Below are positions 50,101 through 63,594 of a stretch of 64,000 nt of DNA, piece after piece (position 1 is the stretch's first letter; each line of letters opens with the position of its first letter). Under the pieces are notes generated by a model, which saw only the letters and a program-made list of their open reading frames with translations, ran no database searches and was not told where the DNA came from. The DNA comes from Lingula anatina (taxonomy: Eukaryota; Animalia; Brachiopoda). The stretch spans positions 12,586,001 through 12,650,000 of the forward strand of contig CM120641.1 of the NCBI GenBank assembly GCA_051362555.1, read 5' to 3'. The position numbers and the translations under genes were made by a program.

Positions 50101-50657
50101 CAGTAGAAAACCCTGACCCAGGGGAATGGGACTTTCCTGATGAAATGGCACAGAGACCAAATGATGTGCATAATGGATTGACATGCTCAAATGAAACAAC
50201 TGAACAAATGGAGACTCCTCAGCTTAACTTTGCTGAAGAAATAGATAATGATTTTGACTTTTTAGATGAGTCCAATTTACAAACTAGTAGAACAGATAGA
50301 AAAGACAGAGTTCAGTCATGGGTAAATGAAGTGGCTGATGCACTGTCTGACTTGGACTCTCATGAGAGCCATAGTAAAGATACTGTGAGCAATGACAGAG
50401 ATGGTGTAGAGAATTCAAATATCACTACCTTCTCTGACAATTCAAACTGCAATGGTGGAACAGAGAGTAGTGACTTAAGAAACAGGAAGAACAATCATGG
50501 TAATGACAGCACAGGGAGCGATAAATCGAGGACAAATGTGACGAATCAGAATGACAAGCCACTTACTGATTTGAGTTCAAATCAGTTGAGGGACACTCCA
50601 TTAGTTAGTACAAGTCCACATTTACTGTTATATGATCAGCAGGAAACCATCTTATGA
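47173..50657 (+). CDS. Large alternative terminal exon (novex-3-like) encoding an about 1160-aa acidic Ser-rich disordered tail; alternatively a nested intronless gene
   Basis: Acceptor tttctttaaccaataccag| at 47172 is phase 1 and in frame with the 1143-codon ORF; TGA at 50655-50657; AATAAA cluster downstream. Confidence 0.72.
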
Positions 50658-51027
50658 CTAGCACAGAATGTTGTATGTTTGTGTTTGTGCATTTACCTTT
50701 TGATACTCATGTACACAAGTTAATTGGTAATGATATTCAAGTGCACTGAATTTCATATACTAGTAGTATTCTAGTGTTTTAAATTTTGTATGTCATTATT
50801 ATGATGCTCTTAGTTATACTTTCAGCAAAATAGATTAAGTATGGAGATTCTGCTTGTTATCATCTGTACGTACTTAGCATACAACAATAAGATATAGGGA
50901 CCAAAATTTAATTATATATTTGTTAAGATATTTAAACTAGTACGAAATGCTGTTTAAATTCATTCCATTTTAAATGATATATTTCTACGAAGAGATTTCC
51001 ATTCTTCGGGACCATTTTGTTATTTGC

Positions 51028-51115
51028 AATAAAGAGTTCAGGACTTTTTATACTTGTATAAATAAAGCTTATTCATTTACTCAAAAATAAAAATATTTCA
51101 TTACTTTAAAATAAA
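51028..51115 (+). terminator. Cluster of AATAAA polyadenylation signals for the alternative terminal exon
   Basis: AATAAA at about 51028, 51061, 51086 and 51110, roughly 370-460 nt after the stop; the AT-rich background lowers specificity. Confidence 0.5.
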
Positions 51116-53174
51116 GGAATATAAACAAATAAGCTGTTTTTATTTCATGTTCAATGGGGTATTACAGAATGATGAATTTTGAAGTTTTTGTGTTCATTTA
51201 AATAGTATGATGCATACAGCATGTGCATGTTTTTCATGAAGTTATAAGAATTTGCATTTCTCTATCCCTGCATTTGATATTCTTAATAGAGTAGTCTAGC
51301 TTACTAAGAGTTTTGATGAAACCATTTCTGTCACACACCCCCTATCAGCTCGCCTGTTTTGTAGAATTTAGCTGTTTGGACTGATCTTTTCTCTTTTCTT
51401 ATAACACAATTTACAATTACTTGATATGAAATAAAGATCAAAAGACATGAGTTAAGAAGGCAATGATTTTTTTTTTTTTTTTTTTGTCAAGAACTGACTT
51501 TAAATTTTGCTGTCTGCTCTAAGCTCTAAGCACTGCATTTGAAAATGAAAATGATATAGTTTAAACTGATAAATCTCAAGGTAAGATAACACCTTACACA
51601 TATTTCATAAGCAAAAGTCATTGTGACAAAGTAGATTGAATACAAAAGGCAGACATCATTATATTAGCCTGGTTTTTCTGATAACTTTTCAAAACTCCTG
51701 ACCTTAATATATCTTACAGAGTAAACACCTGAAATTTCGGTGAAAAGAATTTTTTGTAAAAATTAAAAATATGCATTTTAATCGTTTACTATAATTCAGA
51801 ACGATTACTTTTATTCAAGCACTATTCGTTTGGATTTACAATTTGTCATTTATATAAAAGCAAGAATGTAAGTGAAACTCATAAGAAATGTCAAACAAAA
51901 GATATTTGAGTTAGCAGGTGAAAGATTTATTTTAAGGGAAATTTGGAAAGACTATTAAATGGCTTTCTCTGATTTTTTTCTTTTGGCCTTAACTCTTGCA
52001 TACAATTCCTTTTTGTCATTGTTTGAAATCATAGGCTATTGTTAATCGTTAACAATCCACTTTCTTCAATCACTGAAACTTGTAGCAGATCCAATGCACC
52101 AATAGTGTGTACTAACCCAAGTATTCCCAATTTTCAATCTAGTTTGGTCATAGTAAACCATCAATTTCATAAACCTTCATCCCAATTTATTAAATACATC
52201 TTTATGATATTATATTGTAAACTGAAGTTAACAACCCTTCAATTAAGCAACTATTTATAAACATCATATAGTCATGAGAAGTGCCAACAGAAATTGGTTT
52301 CGATAATAAAATATTGAATTGAGAGGTATGATGATTTAAATAATCTAAATTGAATTAGAAAACAAGAATACTTACTGCCTCAGTAGTGAACTAGTTGAAA
52401 GGACTTTGTTGTATCAAGTTGCTAATTTCAAGACTTATTTTACTATTATAAAGCATCTGTAGCCATTGTTCCATTATCTATTCCCCCAATGTCCTAGAAT
52501 GGCAAAAGTTTAAATGTTTATGGTTCTAATGAAAACAGCCGTATGACCCATATCTTTTTAGCCTTGGGATTATTCAACACCTTTATTGCTGACCAGATCA
52601 CATTGGTTTTTTAACCATGCCTGTTTCAACATTTTTCTTATTTCACTATTTCTTTTAAAAAAACAGCAAATTTTACCAATATTCAAAACAAACAAGACGT
52701 GCATTATCACAAACTAAGTTACAAACAGAACTTCAATATTTAGAGAAGAAAAAGAAAGTAGTAAGATTGTGTTACTGTCAGCACAACTGTCACAATTCTC
52801 ACCACAACACAATTATACCATTGGTTTTAGATCCAAAGTTGGTCAGCTTCTTCACTGTCAAATTTCCTTATGTTAAAATGAAGAAATTGGCACACTGTGG
52901 ATCTGATTCTTGGGGTAATGATAGTTTCATAATGCATCTTGATGTTGCACTGTTCCCATTGCAATAAACTTCAGTGGTAGAATGTCACTAGTGTGTTCTA
53001 ACCCCTATCTTCTGCAAACAGTGTGATCACAGGAGGCAGTTTATAGAGCTATAGATGATCAGTATCTAGACAAGGTGAGTTTCATGATGAAATATCCATT
53101 TGAATCCCATTTGACATACTCTTTCCACCCCCTACCCCCACCCCAACATCAATAAACTGCATATAGATTTATTT

Positions 53175-53515
53175 TTAAGTGATAACAACTGTTTATTTTG
53201 GCCAAAAAATGAATTTGCGTGGTGTAAAGGACAATTTTTCCAAACTTACCAATGGTAAATGAATCCATTCCTACATTCAAACTAAGTAAGTCCCTGTTTT
53301 TTTTTTTTTTTTTTTTTAATATAATCTCTTAAGAGATCATTACAGAGTGTAGCCAACTATGGAGGTCATGTGATGTGATAGCAAACACAAATTCCAAAAT
53401 AATTGTGTTAACTGCATTTTGGTGGTAAAATAGAATTTATAATATTTCTATGAGTTGTTTACAATGTATTTATTGTGAAATATGGATATCTTACGAATGG
53501 TTCTTATCCCTTTCA
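53175..53515. mobile_element. Degenerate second copy of the TTAA Kolobok-like MITE
   Basis: Colinear similarity to 40776-41125 (aatgaattt, aatgaatccatt, atggaggtcatg, tttctatgagttgtt, ttatcccttt). Confidence 0.75.
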
Positions 53516-54144
53516 AGTGACCTTAAAAGGAACTAATAAATTGATATTTGTGGGAGAATGAAAATATATGCAAACCCATGCTAATAATAAATACTTTTAA
53601 ATATTATTTAGAAAGGATGTGCATCTTTCCTCCATGTTTGTTAATCACAAAATTAAAAAAGTAAACCCTCTAGAGAAAAATCAAGTGATAATGAGAAATT
53701 TTTAAAATCCTTTTGTTAGTAAAATCACTTCTTTGAATTGAAGATCTTACGTTGGTACGTGGATAATATTCTCCTCGATTTGAAACTTATTAAATTAACT
53801 TATTAAATTATCCTTTCTCCCTTTAAACCTTTAATAATTTTAGTTTTAAAACCTTGTACATTTTAAGAAAATTTTGCCCATGAGTAGTGCATAAAAAACA
53901 GAATTCTGCACAGTTGACGGAACAATAAATGCCTTTGCAACTATTCTTAAAAGTTAATTACAGCCTTGTAGGTGATCAGCATGGCATTCAATATGATTCA
54001 TTGCACATGTATAAAACTCGGTAGCTTTTTTAATGAAATTAAGTTTTTGTTTGATATTGCATGTGTGTACAAACTTGAAGTTTATTGGCAATATCTTCAA
54101 TTTATATTCTTATGTTGCATGATATTCTTTCCCATTGCATGCAG

Positions 54145-54417
54145 CAATTCCAGTGTTCTCCAAACTACTTGAGGATGTTGAGATTCTTGTAAGACATTCA
54201 TTCACACTCTCAGCAGAAACAACTCGCCCAAACCTCCAGGTAATATGGTACCTGGATGGAGAGTTGATATCTCAGTCAACAAGCAAGTACAAGATCTTCA
54301 GTAAAGGATGCATGCACTCACTGAGTGTGCATGATGTTGATTTGGATGACGAAGGAGAATATGCATGTTTGGTTCAGAACCTAAAAGGCAGGACTTCATG
54401 TTATGTTACTGTCTATG
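54145..54417 (+). CDS. Ig exon (phase 1-1)
   Basis: IPVFSKLLEDVEILVRHSFTLSAE...WYLDGE...HDVDLDDEGEYAC. Confidence 0.85.
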
Positions 54418-54668
54418 GTAAGTGACAATTATTACAGCAATATGCCAGTGTCACAAATATTATGTCTGTCTTGACATTACCACATGCTAGTTTAATTTCA
54501 GCTTTGCTAATGAAAATATCAGTTACATGTAGATAGTATATCAATAAGTGATATATTAAAATAATCAAAATTATTTCAGAAAACAGGTAAGTGCAGCTTA
54601 CCTAGTGGACAGTATCTTGTGTGTACTTAATGTACGTATAGTCATTCAATTATGCTTTTTACTTGCAG

Positions 54669-54938
54669 AAGTCCCAGCTGAATTCATTACCACACTTCCA
54701 GAAGAAAGTGAGGTTACTGAAGGTCAACATTTGACCTTGACCTGCGACATCAGCAAGGAAGATGCAGAGGTCACTTGGTTCAGGGACAAAGAAGAAATTA
54801 AACCCACTGAAAAGATTGAGATCAGGAAAGAAGGCACAAAACATGCTCTTGTGGTACATGACATGTCAGTAGATGACGAGGCTCAGTACACTGTCAAAGT
54901 CGGTGATCAGGAAAGCACTTCTGCTGTGTTTGTCCATG
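54669..54938 (+). CDS. Ig exon (phase 1-1)
   Basis: VPAEFITTLPE...LTCDISKEDAEVTWFRD...DDEAQYTVKVG. Confidence 0.9.
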
Positions 54939-55107
54939 GTAGGTTCAAGGAAACATTTGTTTAAGGTTAAGAATTCCCTTAAATACGTAATGTTATATTT
55001 GTTGTATTGATGTTTCTTTTGATGGTCATGATAAGGATAAATGGAAAGCAGTAAAACTCTATTTAATTTCATTATTTACATTGTTCAGTGGTCAAGTTAT
55101 AACTTCA

Positions 55108-55108
<1 letters not shown>

Positions 55109-55144
<36 letters not shown>
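55109..55144. repeat. (TG)n(TA)n microsatellite next to the splice acceptor
   Basis: tgtgtgtatatata...tata ending about 12 nt before ttgcag|. Confidence 0.9.
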
Positions 55145-55147
<3 letters not shown>

Positions 55148-55156
55148 CATTTGCAG

Positions 55157-58100
55157 AGCTTCCTGCCGAGTTCAGTGCTCCCCTCCAGGACACCACAGTC
55201 CAGGAGACTGGTGAAGTCACCCTTGAAGTTGAACTATCCAAGGAGGATGCCAGTGCCACCTGGGTGTTGGATGGAGAAGAAGTACAGCCAGATGAGAGGC
55301 ACACTATTGAGGCTGATGGAAAAATACGAAGACTTAGTATCAAAGATGCTGTACCTGAAGATGCAGGTTCATATGCTCTCAAAGTTGGAGATAAGACCAC
55401 AACTGCCCAGCTTTTTGTGGAAGAGATCCCAGCAGAAATTACTCAACCTCTCCAAGACTTAACTGCAAAGGAATCTGCAGTAATAAAGTTGGAGGCTGAA
55501 GTATCAAAGGAAACTGCTGAAGTCAAGTGGCTTAAAGATGGAGTTGAAATTCAGGTTGATGAAAGGCATGATGTTGAAGCTGAAGGCAAGATCCGTAGAT
55601 TAAGCATCAAAGATGTTAAGTCAGATGATGAAGCAGAATATACACTCAAAGTTGGTGACAAAGAATCCACAGCCAAAGTTTCAGTTGAAGAAATCCCAGT
55701 GGAAATCACTCAACCACTCAAAGACATATCTACCAAAGAATCTGCAAACATCACACTGCAAGTTGAGGTTTCTAAAGAAACTGCTGAGGTCAAGTGGCTG
55801 AAAGATGGAGTTGAAATTCAGTTGGATGAAAGGCATGATGTTGAAGCTGAAGGGAAGATCCGTAAGTTGAGCATCCGAGATGTCCAATCTGAAGATGAGG
55901 CTGAATACACTTTGAAAGTTGGTGACAAAGAATCCACTGCCAAAGTTTCAGTTGAAGAAATCCCAGTGGAAATCATTCAACCCCTCAAAGACATATCTAC
56001 CAAAGAATCTGCAAACATCACACTGCAAGTTGAGGTTTCTAAAGAAACTGCTGAGGTCAAGTGGCTGAAAGATGGAGTGGATATTCAATTGGATGAAAGG
56101 CATGATGTTGAAGCTGAAGGCAAGATCCGTAAGTTGAGCATCCGAGATGTCCAATCTGAAGATGAGGCTGAATACACATTGAAAGTTGGTGACAAAGAAT
56201 CCACAGCCAAAGTTTCAGTTCAAGAAATTCCAGTTGAAATCACACAACCTCTCAAAGACATATCTACCAAAGAATCTGCAAACATCACACTACAGGCTGA
56301 GGTATCCAAAGAAACTGCTGAAGTCAAATGGCTGAAAGATGGAGTTGAAATTCAGTTGGATGAAAGGCATGATGTTGAAGCTGAAGGGAAGATCCGAAAG
56401 CTGAGCATCCGAGATGTTCAGTCAGATGACGAAGCAGAATACACATTGAAAGTTGGTGACAAAGAATCAACAGCCAAAGTTTCAGTTCAAGAAATTCCAG
56501 TTGAAATCACACAACCTCTCAAAGACATATCTACCAAAGAATCTGCAAATATCACACTACAGGCTGAAGTATCCAAAGAAACTGCTGAGGTTAAATGGTT
56601 AAAAGATGGGATTGAAATTCCGTTGGATGAAAGGCATGATGTTGAAGCTGAAGGCAAGATCCGTAGATTAAGCATCATAGATGTCAAGTCAGATGATGAG
56701 GCAGAATATACTTTGAAAGTTGGTGACAAAGAATCCACAGCCAAAGTTTCAGTTGAAGAAATCCCAGTGGAAATCACTCAACCCCTCAAAGACATATCTG
56801 CATCAGAATCTGCAGATATTAAACTGCAAGCTGAAGTTTCCAAAGAAACAGCTGAGGTTAAATGGTTAAAGGATGGCATTGAAATTCAGGTTGATGAAAG
56901 GCATGATGTTGAAGCCAAAGGCAAGATTCGCAAACTCAGCATCTATGATGCTCAGCCAGAAGACAAGGGTGAATATACCATTAAGGTTGGTGACCAGACC
57001 TCCACAGCTCAGGTAACTGTTGAAGAGGTTCCAACTGAAATCACACAGCCAATTAAAGATACAGTTGCTCAGGAGAAAGCAGATGTTGTTCTTGAAGGTG
57101 AGGTATCTAAGGACACAGTGGATGCCAAGTGGCTGAAAGATGGGGTTGAAATCCAGGCTGATGAAAGGCATGATGTTGAAGCTGAAGGCAAGATCCGTAG
57201 GTTAAGCATCCGAGATGTACAATCTGAAGATGCTGGAGTATATACACTCAAAGTTGGTGACAAGGAATCTACAGCCATAGTTTCAGTTGAAGAAACTCCA
57301 GTTGAAATCACACAACCTCTTAAAGACATATCCACCAAAGAATCTGCAAACATCACACTACAAGCTGAGGTTTCCAAAGAAACTGTTGAAGTCAAATGGC
57401 TGAAAGATGGAGTTGAAATTCAGTTGGATGAAAGGCATGATGTTGAAGCTGAAGGCATAATCCGAAAGTTAAGCATTCGAGATGTCCAATCTGAAGATGA
57501 GGCTGAATACACATTGAAAGTTGGTGACAAGGAATCAACAGCCAAAGTTTCAGTTGAAGAAATCCCAGTTGAAATCACTCAACCCCTCAAAGACATATCT
57601 GCCAAAGAATCTGCAAACATCACACTACAAGCTGAGGTATCCAAAGAAACTGCTGAGGTCAAATGGCTCAAAGATGGAGTGGATATTCAGTTGGATGAAA
57701 GGCATGATGTTGAAGCTGAAGGCAAGATCCGTAAGTTGAGCATTCGAGATGTCCAATCTGAAGATGAGGCTGAATACACATTGAAAGTTGGTGACAAAGA
57801 ATCAACAGCCAAAGTTTCAGTTGAAGAAATTCCTGTGGAAATCACGCAACCCCTCAAAGACATATCTGCCAAAGAATCTGCAAACATCACACTACAAGCT
57901 GAGGTTTCCAAAGAAAGAGCTGAGGTCAAATGGCTTAAAAATGGAGTTGAAATTCAGTTGGATGAAAGGCATGATGTTGAAGCTGAAGGGAAGATCCGAA
58001 AGCTGAGCATCCGAGATGTTCAGTCAGATGACGAAGCAGAATACACATTGAAAGTTGGTGACAAAGAATCAACAGCCAAAGTTTCAGTTCAAGAAATTCC

Positions 58101-61100
58101 AGTTGAAATCACACAACCTCTCAAAGACATATCTACCAAAGAATCTGCAAATATCACACTACAGGCTGAGGTATCCAAAGAAACTGCTGAAGTCAAATGG
58201 CTGAAAGATGGAGTGGATATTCAATTGGATGAAAGGCATGATGTTGAAGCTGAAGGCAAGATCCGTAAGTTGAGCATCCGAGATGTCCAATCTGAAGATG
58301 AGGCTGAATACACATTGAAAGTTGGTGACAAAGAATCCACAGCCAAAGTTTCAGTTCAAGAAATTCCAGTTGAAATCACACAACCTCTCAAAGACATATC
58401 TACCAAAGAATCTGCAAACATCACACTACAGGCTGAGGTATCCAAAGAAACTGCTGAAGTCAAATGGCTGAAAGATGGAGTTGAAATTCAGTTGGATGAA
58501 AGGCATGATGTTGAAGCTGAAGGGAAGATCCGAAAGCTGAGCATCCGAGATGTTCAGTCAGATGACGAAGCAGAATACACATTGAAAGTTGGTGACAAAG
58601 AATCAACAGCCAAAGTTTCAGTTCAAGAAATTCCAGTTGAAATCACACAACCTCTCAAAGACATATCTACCAAAGAATCTGCAAATATCACACTACAGGC
58701 TGAAGTATCCAAAGAAACTGCTGAAGTCAAATGGCTGAAAGATGGAGTGGATATTCAATTGGATGAAAGGCATGATGTTGAAGCTGAAGGCAAGATCCGT
58801 AAGTTGAGCATCCGAGATGTCCAATCTGAAGATGAGGCTGAATACACATTGAAAGTTGGTGACAAAGAATCCACAGCCAAAGTTTCAGTTCAAGAAATTC
58901 CAGTTGAAATCACACAACCTCTCAAAGACATATCTACCAAAGAATCTGCAAACATCACACTACAGGCTGAGGTATCCAAAGAAACTGCTGAAGTCAAATG
59001 GCTGAAAGATGGAGTTGAAATTCAGTTGGATGAAAGGCATGATGTTGAAGCTGAAGGGAAGATCCGAAAGCTGAGCATCCGAGATGTTCAGTCAGATGAC
59101 GAAGCAGAATACACATTGAAAGTTGGCGACAAGAAATCAACAGCCAAAGTTTTAGTTGAAGAAACTCAAGTTGAAATCACACAACCTCTCAAAGACATAT
59201 CTACCAAAGAATCTGCAAACATCACACTACAGGCTGAGGTATCCAAAGAAACTGCTGAAGTCAAATGGCTGAAAGATGGAGTTGAAATTCAGTTGGATGA
59301 AAGGCATGATGTTGAAGCTGAAGGGAAGATCCGAAAGTTAAGCATTCGAGATGTTCAGTCAGATGACGAAGCAGAATATACCCTGAAAGTGGGAGACAAA
59401 GAATCCACTGCCAAAGTTTCAGTTGAAGAAATCCCAATTGAAATCACACAACTTCTCAAAGACATATCTACCAAAGAATCTGCAGACATCACCTTACAGG
59501 CTGAGGTTTCCAAAGAAACAGCTGAGGTTAAATGGCTAAAAGATGGGGTTGAAATCAAAGTGGATGAAAGGCATGATGTTGAAGCCGAAGGCAAAATTCG
59601 TAGGTTGAGTATCAGAGATGTCCAGTCGGATGATGAGGCTGAATACACTTTGAAAGTTGGTGATAAGGAATCAAAAGCCAAACTCTCAGTTGAAGAAATC
59701 CCAGTTGAAATCATTCAACCCCTTCAAGATATAACTGCAACAGAAAAAGCAGAACTTACTCTTGTGACGGAAGTCTCGAAGGAAAAAGCAGAAGGTACAT
59801 GGTTAAAAGATGGGGTTTTGATAAAAGCAGACAAAAAACTTGACATCACAGCTGAAGGAACAGTACGCAAACTTAGCATCCATGATGTTCAACCTGAAGA
59901 TGCTGCTGTGTATACATTTAAGGTGGATGACAAGACAGAAACTTCTGCATCTGTTTCAGTCGAAGAACTACCTGCTGAGTTCAAAGTACCATTAAAGGAT
60001 ACAACTGCCAAAGAGAAAGAAGACATAACTCTTGAGGTAGAACTAACCAAGGATGATGTTGATGCAACATGGTTCATTGGAGATGCCGAAATCAAACCTG
60101 ATGACAGACATGACATTGAAGTGGATGGTAAATTCCGTAGGCTTAAGATCCTTGATGCCAAAACAGATGACAGTGCTAGATATAGCCTTAAAGTTGGTGA
60201 CAAGGCATCAACTGCTACGCTGTTAGTGGAAGAAATTCCAGTGGAATTCACAAAGCCATTGAAAGACAAGAGAATTAAAGAAAAGGAAGATGTTACTCTT
60301 GAAACCACTGTCTCTAAAGATGATGTTCAAGTAACCTGGTTGATAGGTGGTGAAGAGATCAAACCAGATGAGCGCCACGACATTGAAGTTGATGGAAAAG
60401 TGCACAGGTTGAAGATAAATAGAGTCAAACCTGAAGATGCTACTGATTACACAGTCAAGGTTGGAGACAGACAGACAACAGCTAAACTCAGTGTCGATGT
60501 TATTCCATTAAAATTCACTGTGCCTTTGAAAGACAAATCAGTCAAGGAAAAGGAAGATATTACATTGGAGGTTGAATTATCTAGAGATGATGTTGATGTC
60601 ACTTGGTTGCTAGATAAGGATGAAATTCAGCCTGATGAAAGACATGACATTGAGGTTGATGGCACTATAAGAAGGTTGACAATTCACGATGCCAAGCCTG
60701 AAGATTCTGCCAGGTACACGGTGAAAGCCAAAGATAAATCGACCTCAGCTAGGCTGAAAGTTGAGGAAATCCCAGTCAAATTCACAGTGCCATTAAAAGA
60801 TCAAACAGTGAAGGAGAAGAGTGAAGTCACTTTGGAAGTTGAGATATCCAGAGATGATTTGGAAGTTTCATGGTTAATGGACAATAAGAAGATCGAACCT
60901 GATGAAAGACATGAAATCTTTGCTGATGGTGCTAAACACAAACTGGTCATTCATGATGCCAAGCCACAGGACTCTGCTAAATACACAGTCAAGGCAAAAG
61001 ACAAGTCTACCTCTGCTAGGCTCAAAGTTGAAGAAATACCATTCAAATTTAATGTTCCTCTCAAGGACAAAACTGCCAAAGAAAAGGAGGATGTTACTCT

Positions 61101-62365
61101 GGAAGTTGAGATGTCTAGGGATGATGTGGAAGTGACATGGCTTATGGACAACAAGAAAATAGAGCCAAGTGAACGACATGAGATTGTAGTTGATGGCAAA
61201 ATAAGCAGACTCATCATTCATGATGCCATACCTCAAGATTCAGCCAAGTACACTGTAAAAGCTAAGGACAAAATGACTAATGCCAGGCTCAAAGTGGAAG
61301 AAATTCCTCTTAAATTTACCACTCCCCTGAAAGACAAGACAGTCAGTGAGAAAGAAGATGTTACCTTGGAAGCTGAATTATCAAGAGATGATGTCGAGGT
61401 CACCTGGTTAATTGACAATAAAAAGGTTGTTCCTGATGAGAGACATGATATAGAGGTTGATGGCACAGTACACAGACTTATCATCCATGGTGCAAAACCG
61501 GAAGACTCTGCCAAATATACTGTCAAAGCCAAGGACAAGGCTACTACAGCTAAACTGAAAGTAGAAGAAATTCCTCTAACATTCACAGTTCCTCTCAAAG
61601 ACAAGACTGTCCAAGAAGGGGAAGATGTGACATTGGCAGTAGAGCTCTCTAGAGATGATGTAGAAGTCACATGGCTCATTGACAATAAGCAGATAAAACC
61701 AGATGACAGGCATGATATTTCTGCAGAAGGCAAAATCCGAAAGCTTGTCGTACATGGAGCCCAACCTCAGGACTCGGCCAAGTACACTGTCAAAGCAAAA
61801 GACAAATCTACCTCAGCCCAAATCAAAGTTGAACAACTTGAAGTGGAGTTCACACAACCTTTGAAGGACCTCACTGCCAAAGAAAATGAAGAAGTCACAT
61901 TTGAATGCAAGGTTTCCCAGGAAAACCTTGATGCTACCTGGTACTTTGGTGATGTGAAACTCAAATCAGATGAAAAGCATGACATCACTGTAGAGGGAAC
62001 AATACATAAGATGAAAATCAAAGATGTCTCATCTGATGATTCTGCCTCATACACAATCAAAATAGACGACAAATCTAGCTCAGCTAAACTGTCAGTTGAA
62101 GAAATTGAGGTGGAATTTGTTGTACCATTGAAAGATACCACTACCAAAGAACAGACAAGTGTGACATTTGAATGTGAGCTCAATAAACCAGTGGATGTTA
62201 CCTGGCTTGTGGATGGGACCGAAATTACCTCAAATGAGAAGTATGACATAACTGTTGAGGGCAAAGTGCATAGATTGACCATACACGGTCCTTCCATGAC
62301 AGATGCTGTTGAGTATACAGTAAAAGCAGGGAACAAAACCAGCACAGCCAGGCTGACTGTAGAAG
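55157..62365 (+). CDS. Second giant exon: 27 tandem Ig I-set domains of about 89 aa
   Basis: ttgcag| ... GAAG|gtaaat; 7209 nt, phase 1-1; 267-nt periodicity; EIPVEITQPLKD...EVSKETAEVKWLKDG...DEAEYTLKVG. Confidence 0.94.
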
Positions 62366-62712
62366 GTAAATATTTTGTCTGTTTTTCCCTTTTTTATTCA
62401 GGGCAGGAGGGGTTGAAAAAATAAAGCTTTTCCCCATAGCCCAGTTCATGTTTTAGTTTTTAAAAGTAATATGAAGGCTGAATCATATTTAAATATTGTG
62501 CACTGTGCCTTATTCTGTAAAAAATATTCAATTGTCAAAATGTTTCAGTTAAAAAAGCATTATATGCATGCATGTATCTTGTACATGAAAAAGAGATAAT
62601 ACAGGTATAAATGGTTATAAGTAAATTTAAGCACAAATTTACATGAAGTTGTTTATTTATTTAGAATCATGTAATGCTCCTTGATAATATGGAATTCCTT
62701 CTTACTTTTCAG

Positions 62713-62979
62713 AAATCGATGCAGAATTCACAGTTCGCCTGAAGGACCAACATGTAAAAGAGTCTGAAACTGTGACGTTTCAATGTACAGTCAACAAACC
62801 AAATGTACCAGTTGCATGGTATATGGGAGACATTGAGTTGACATCAAATGAGAAATATGAGATTACAGTTGATGGGAATGTACATCGCTTGACAATCCAT
62901 GATGCCCAGCCCGATGATGCTGCCATCTTTACTGCAAAACTACCCAAAGAAAGGTGCTCTGCGAAACTGAAAGTAGAAG
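62713..62979 (+). CDS. Ig exon (phase 1-1)
   Basis: EFTVRLKDQHVKESETVTFQCTVNKPNVPVAWY; 267 nt. Confidence 0.89.
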
Positions 62980-63327
62980 GTACTGTAGGTTTCTATGTAC
63001 TGTATGGATTTGGTTTAGAACATACCAAACTGAATTTAAAGTGAATATATTTAGGTGCAGGATTATATGTACCATCTATCAGGATGAAATATTTTAATAC
63101 TATTTCTTTATTTTCAGTTTGATGAATGTTTGTTGACTGTGTGATACTGTAATTTGTTGTTACAGTAGTGAAAGAAATATATTCCTTAACAGCTTTGTGT
63201 TACCTTTAGTAAGATGTATTCACTTTCATGAAACTGTTTTATAATGCTGTATGTTATTCTGTACTTTTCACATTGACATTGTTTTAAATTTATACCTGCA
63301 TGCTGCATGATTCAAATTAAATTCCAG

Positions 63328-63594
63328 ACATCTCTGTTTACTTCACAATGAAGTTAAGAGACAAGGTGTCTTATGAGGGTGAAAAAGCCATCTTGAAATG
63401 TGAGGTCTCAACAGAAAATGTCAAAGCAAAGTGGTATAAAGAAAAGAAACATTTGCATGCCAGTAAAAAGTATGAAGTGAAAAAAGAAGGTCTAGCTCAC
63501 AAGTTGATAGTGCATGACTTATGTTTGGACGACGAAGCAGAATACACAGTCAAAGTTGGGGACCAAGAGTCTTCTGCCATTTTATTTGTTGAAG
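63328..63594 (+). CDS. Ig exon (phase 1-1)
   Basis: YFTMKLRDKVSYEGEKAILKCEVSTENVKAKWYK...DDEAEYTVKVG; 267 nt. Confidence 0.89.

Noticed and set aside
47226-50657. Transposon-encoded protein as an explanation for the intronic ORF
   Set aside because: No recognisable RT, integrase, DDE or gag motifs and no flanking terminal repeats; it has an in-frame splice acceptor.
55081-55156. N-terminus of the 2447-aa ORF (YIYIYI...) as a separate gene start
   Set aside because: Intronic TA microsatellite read in frame; the real boundary is the acceptor at 55156/55157.
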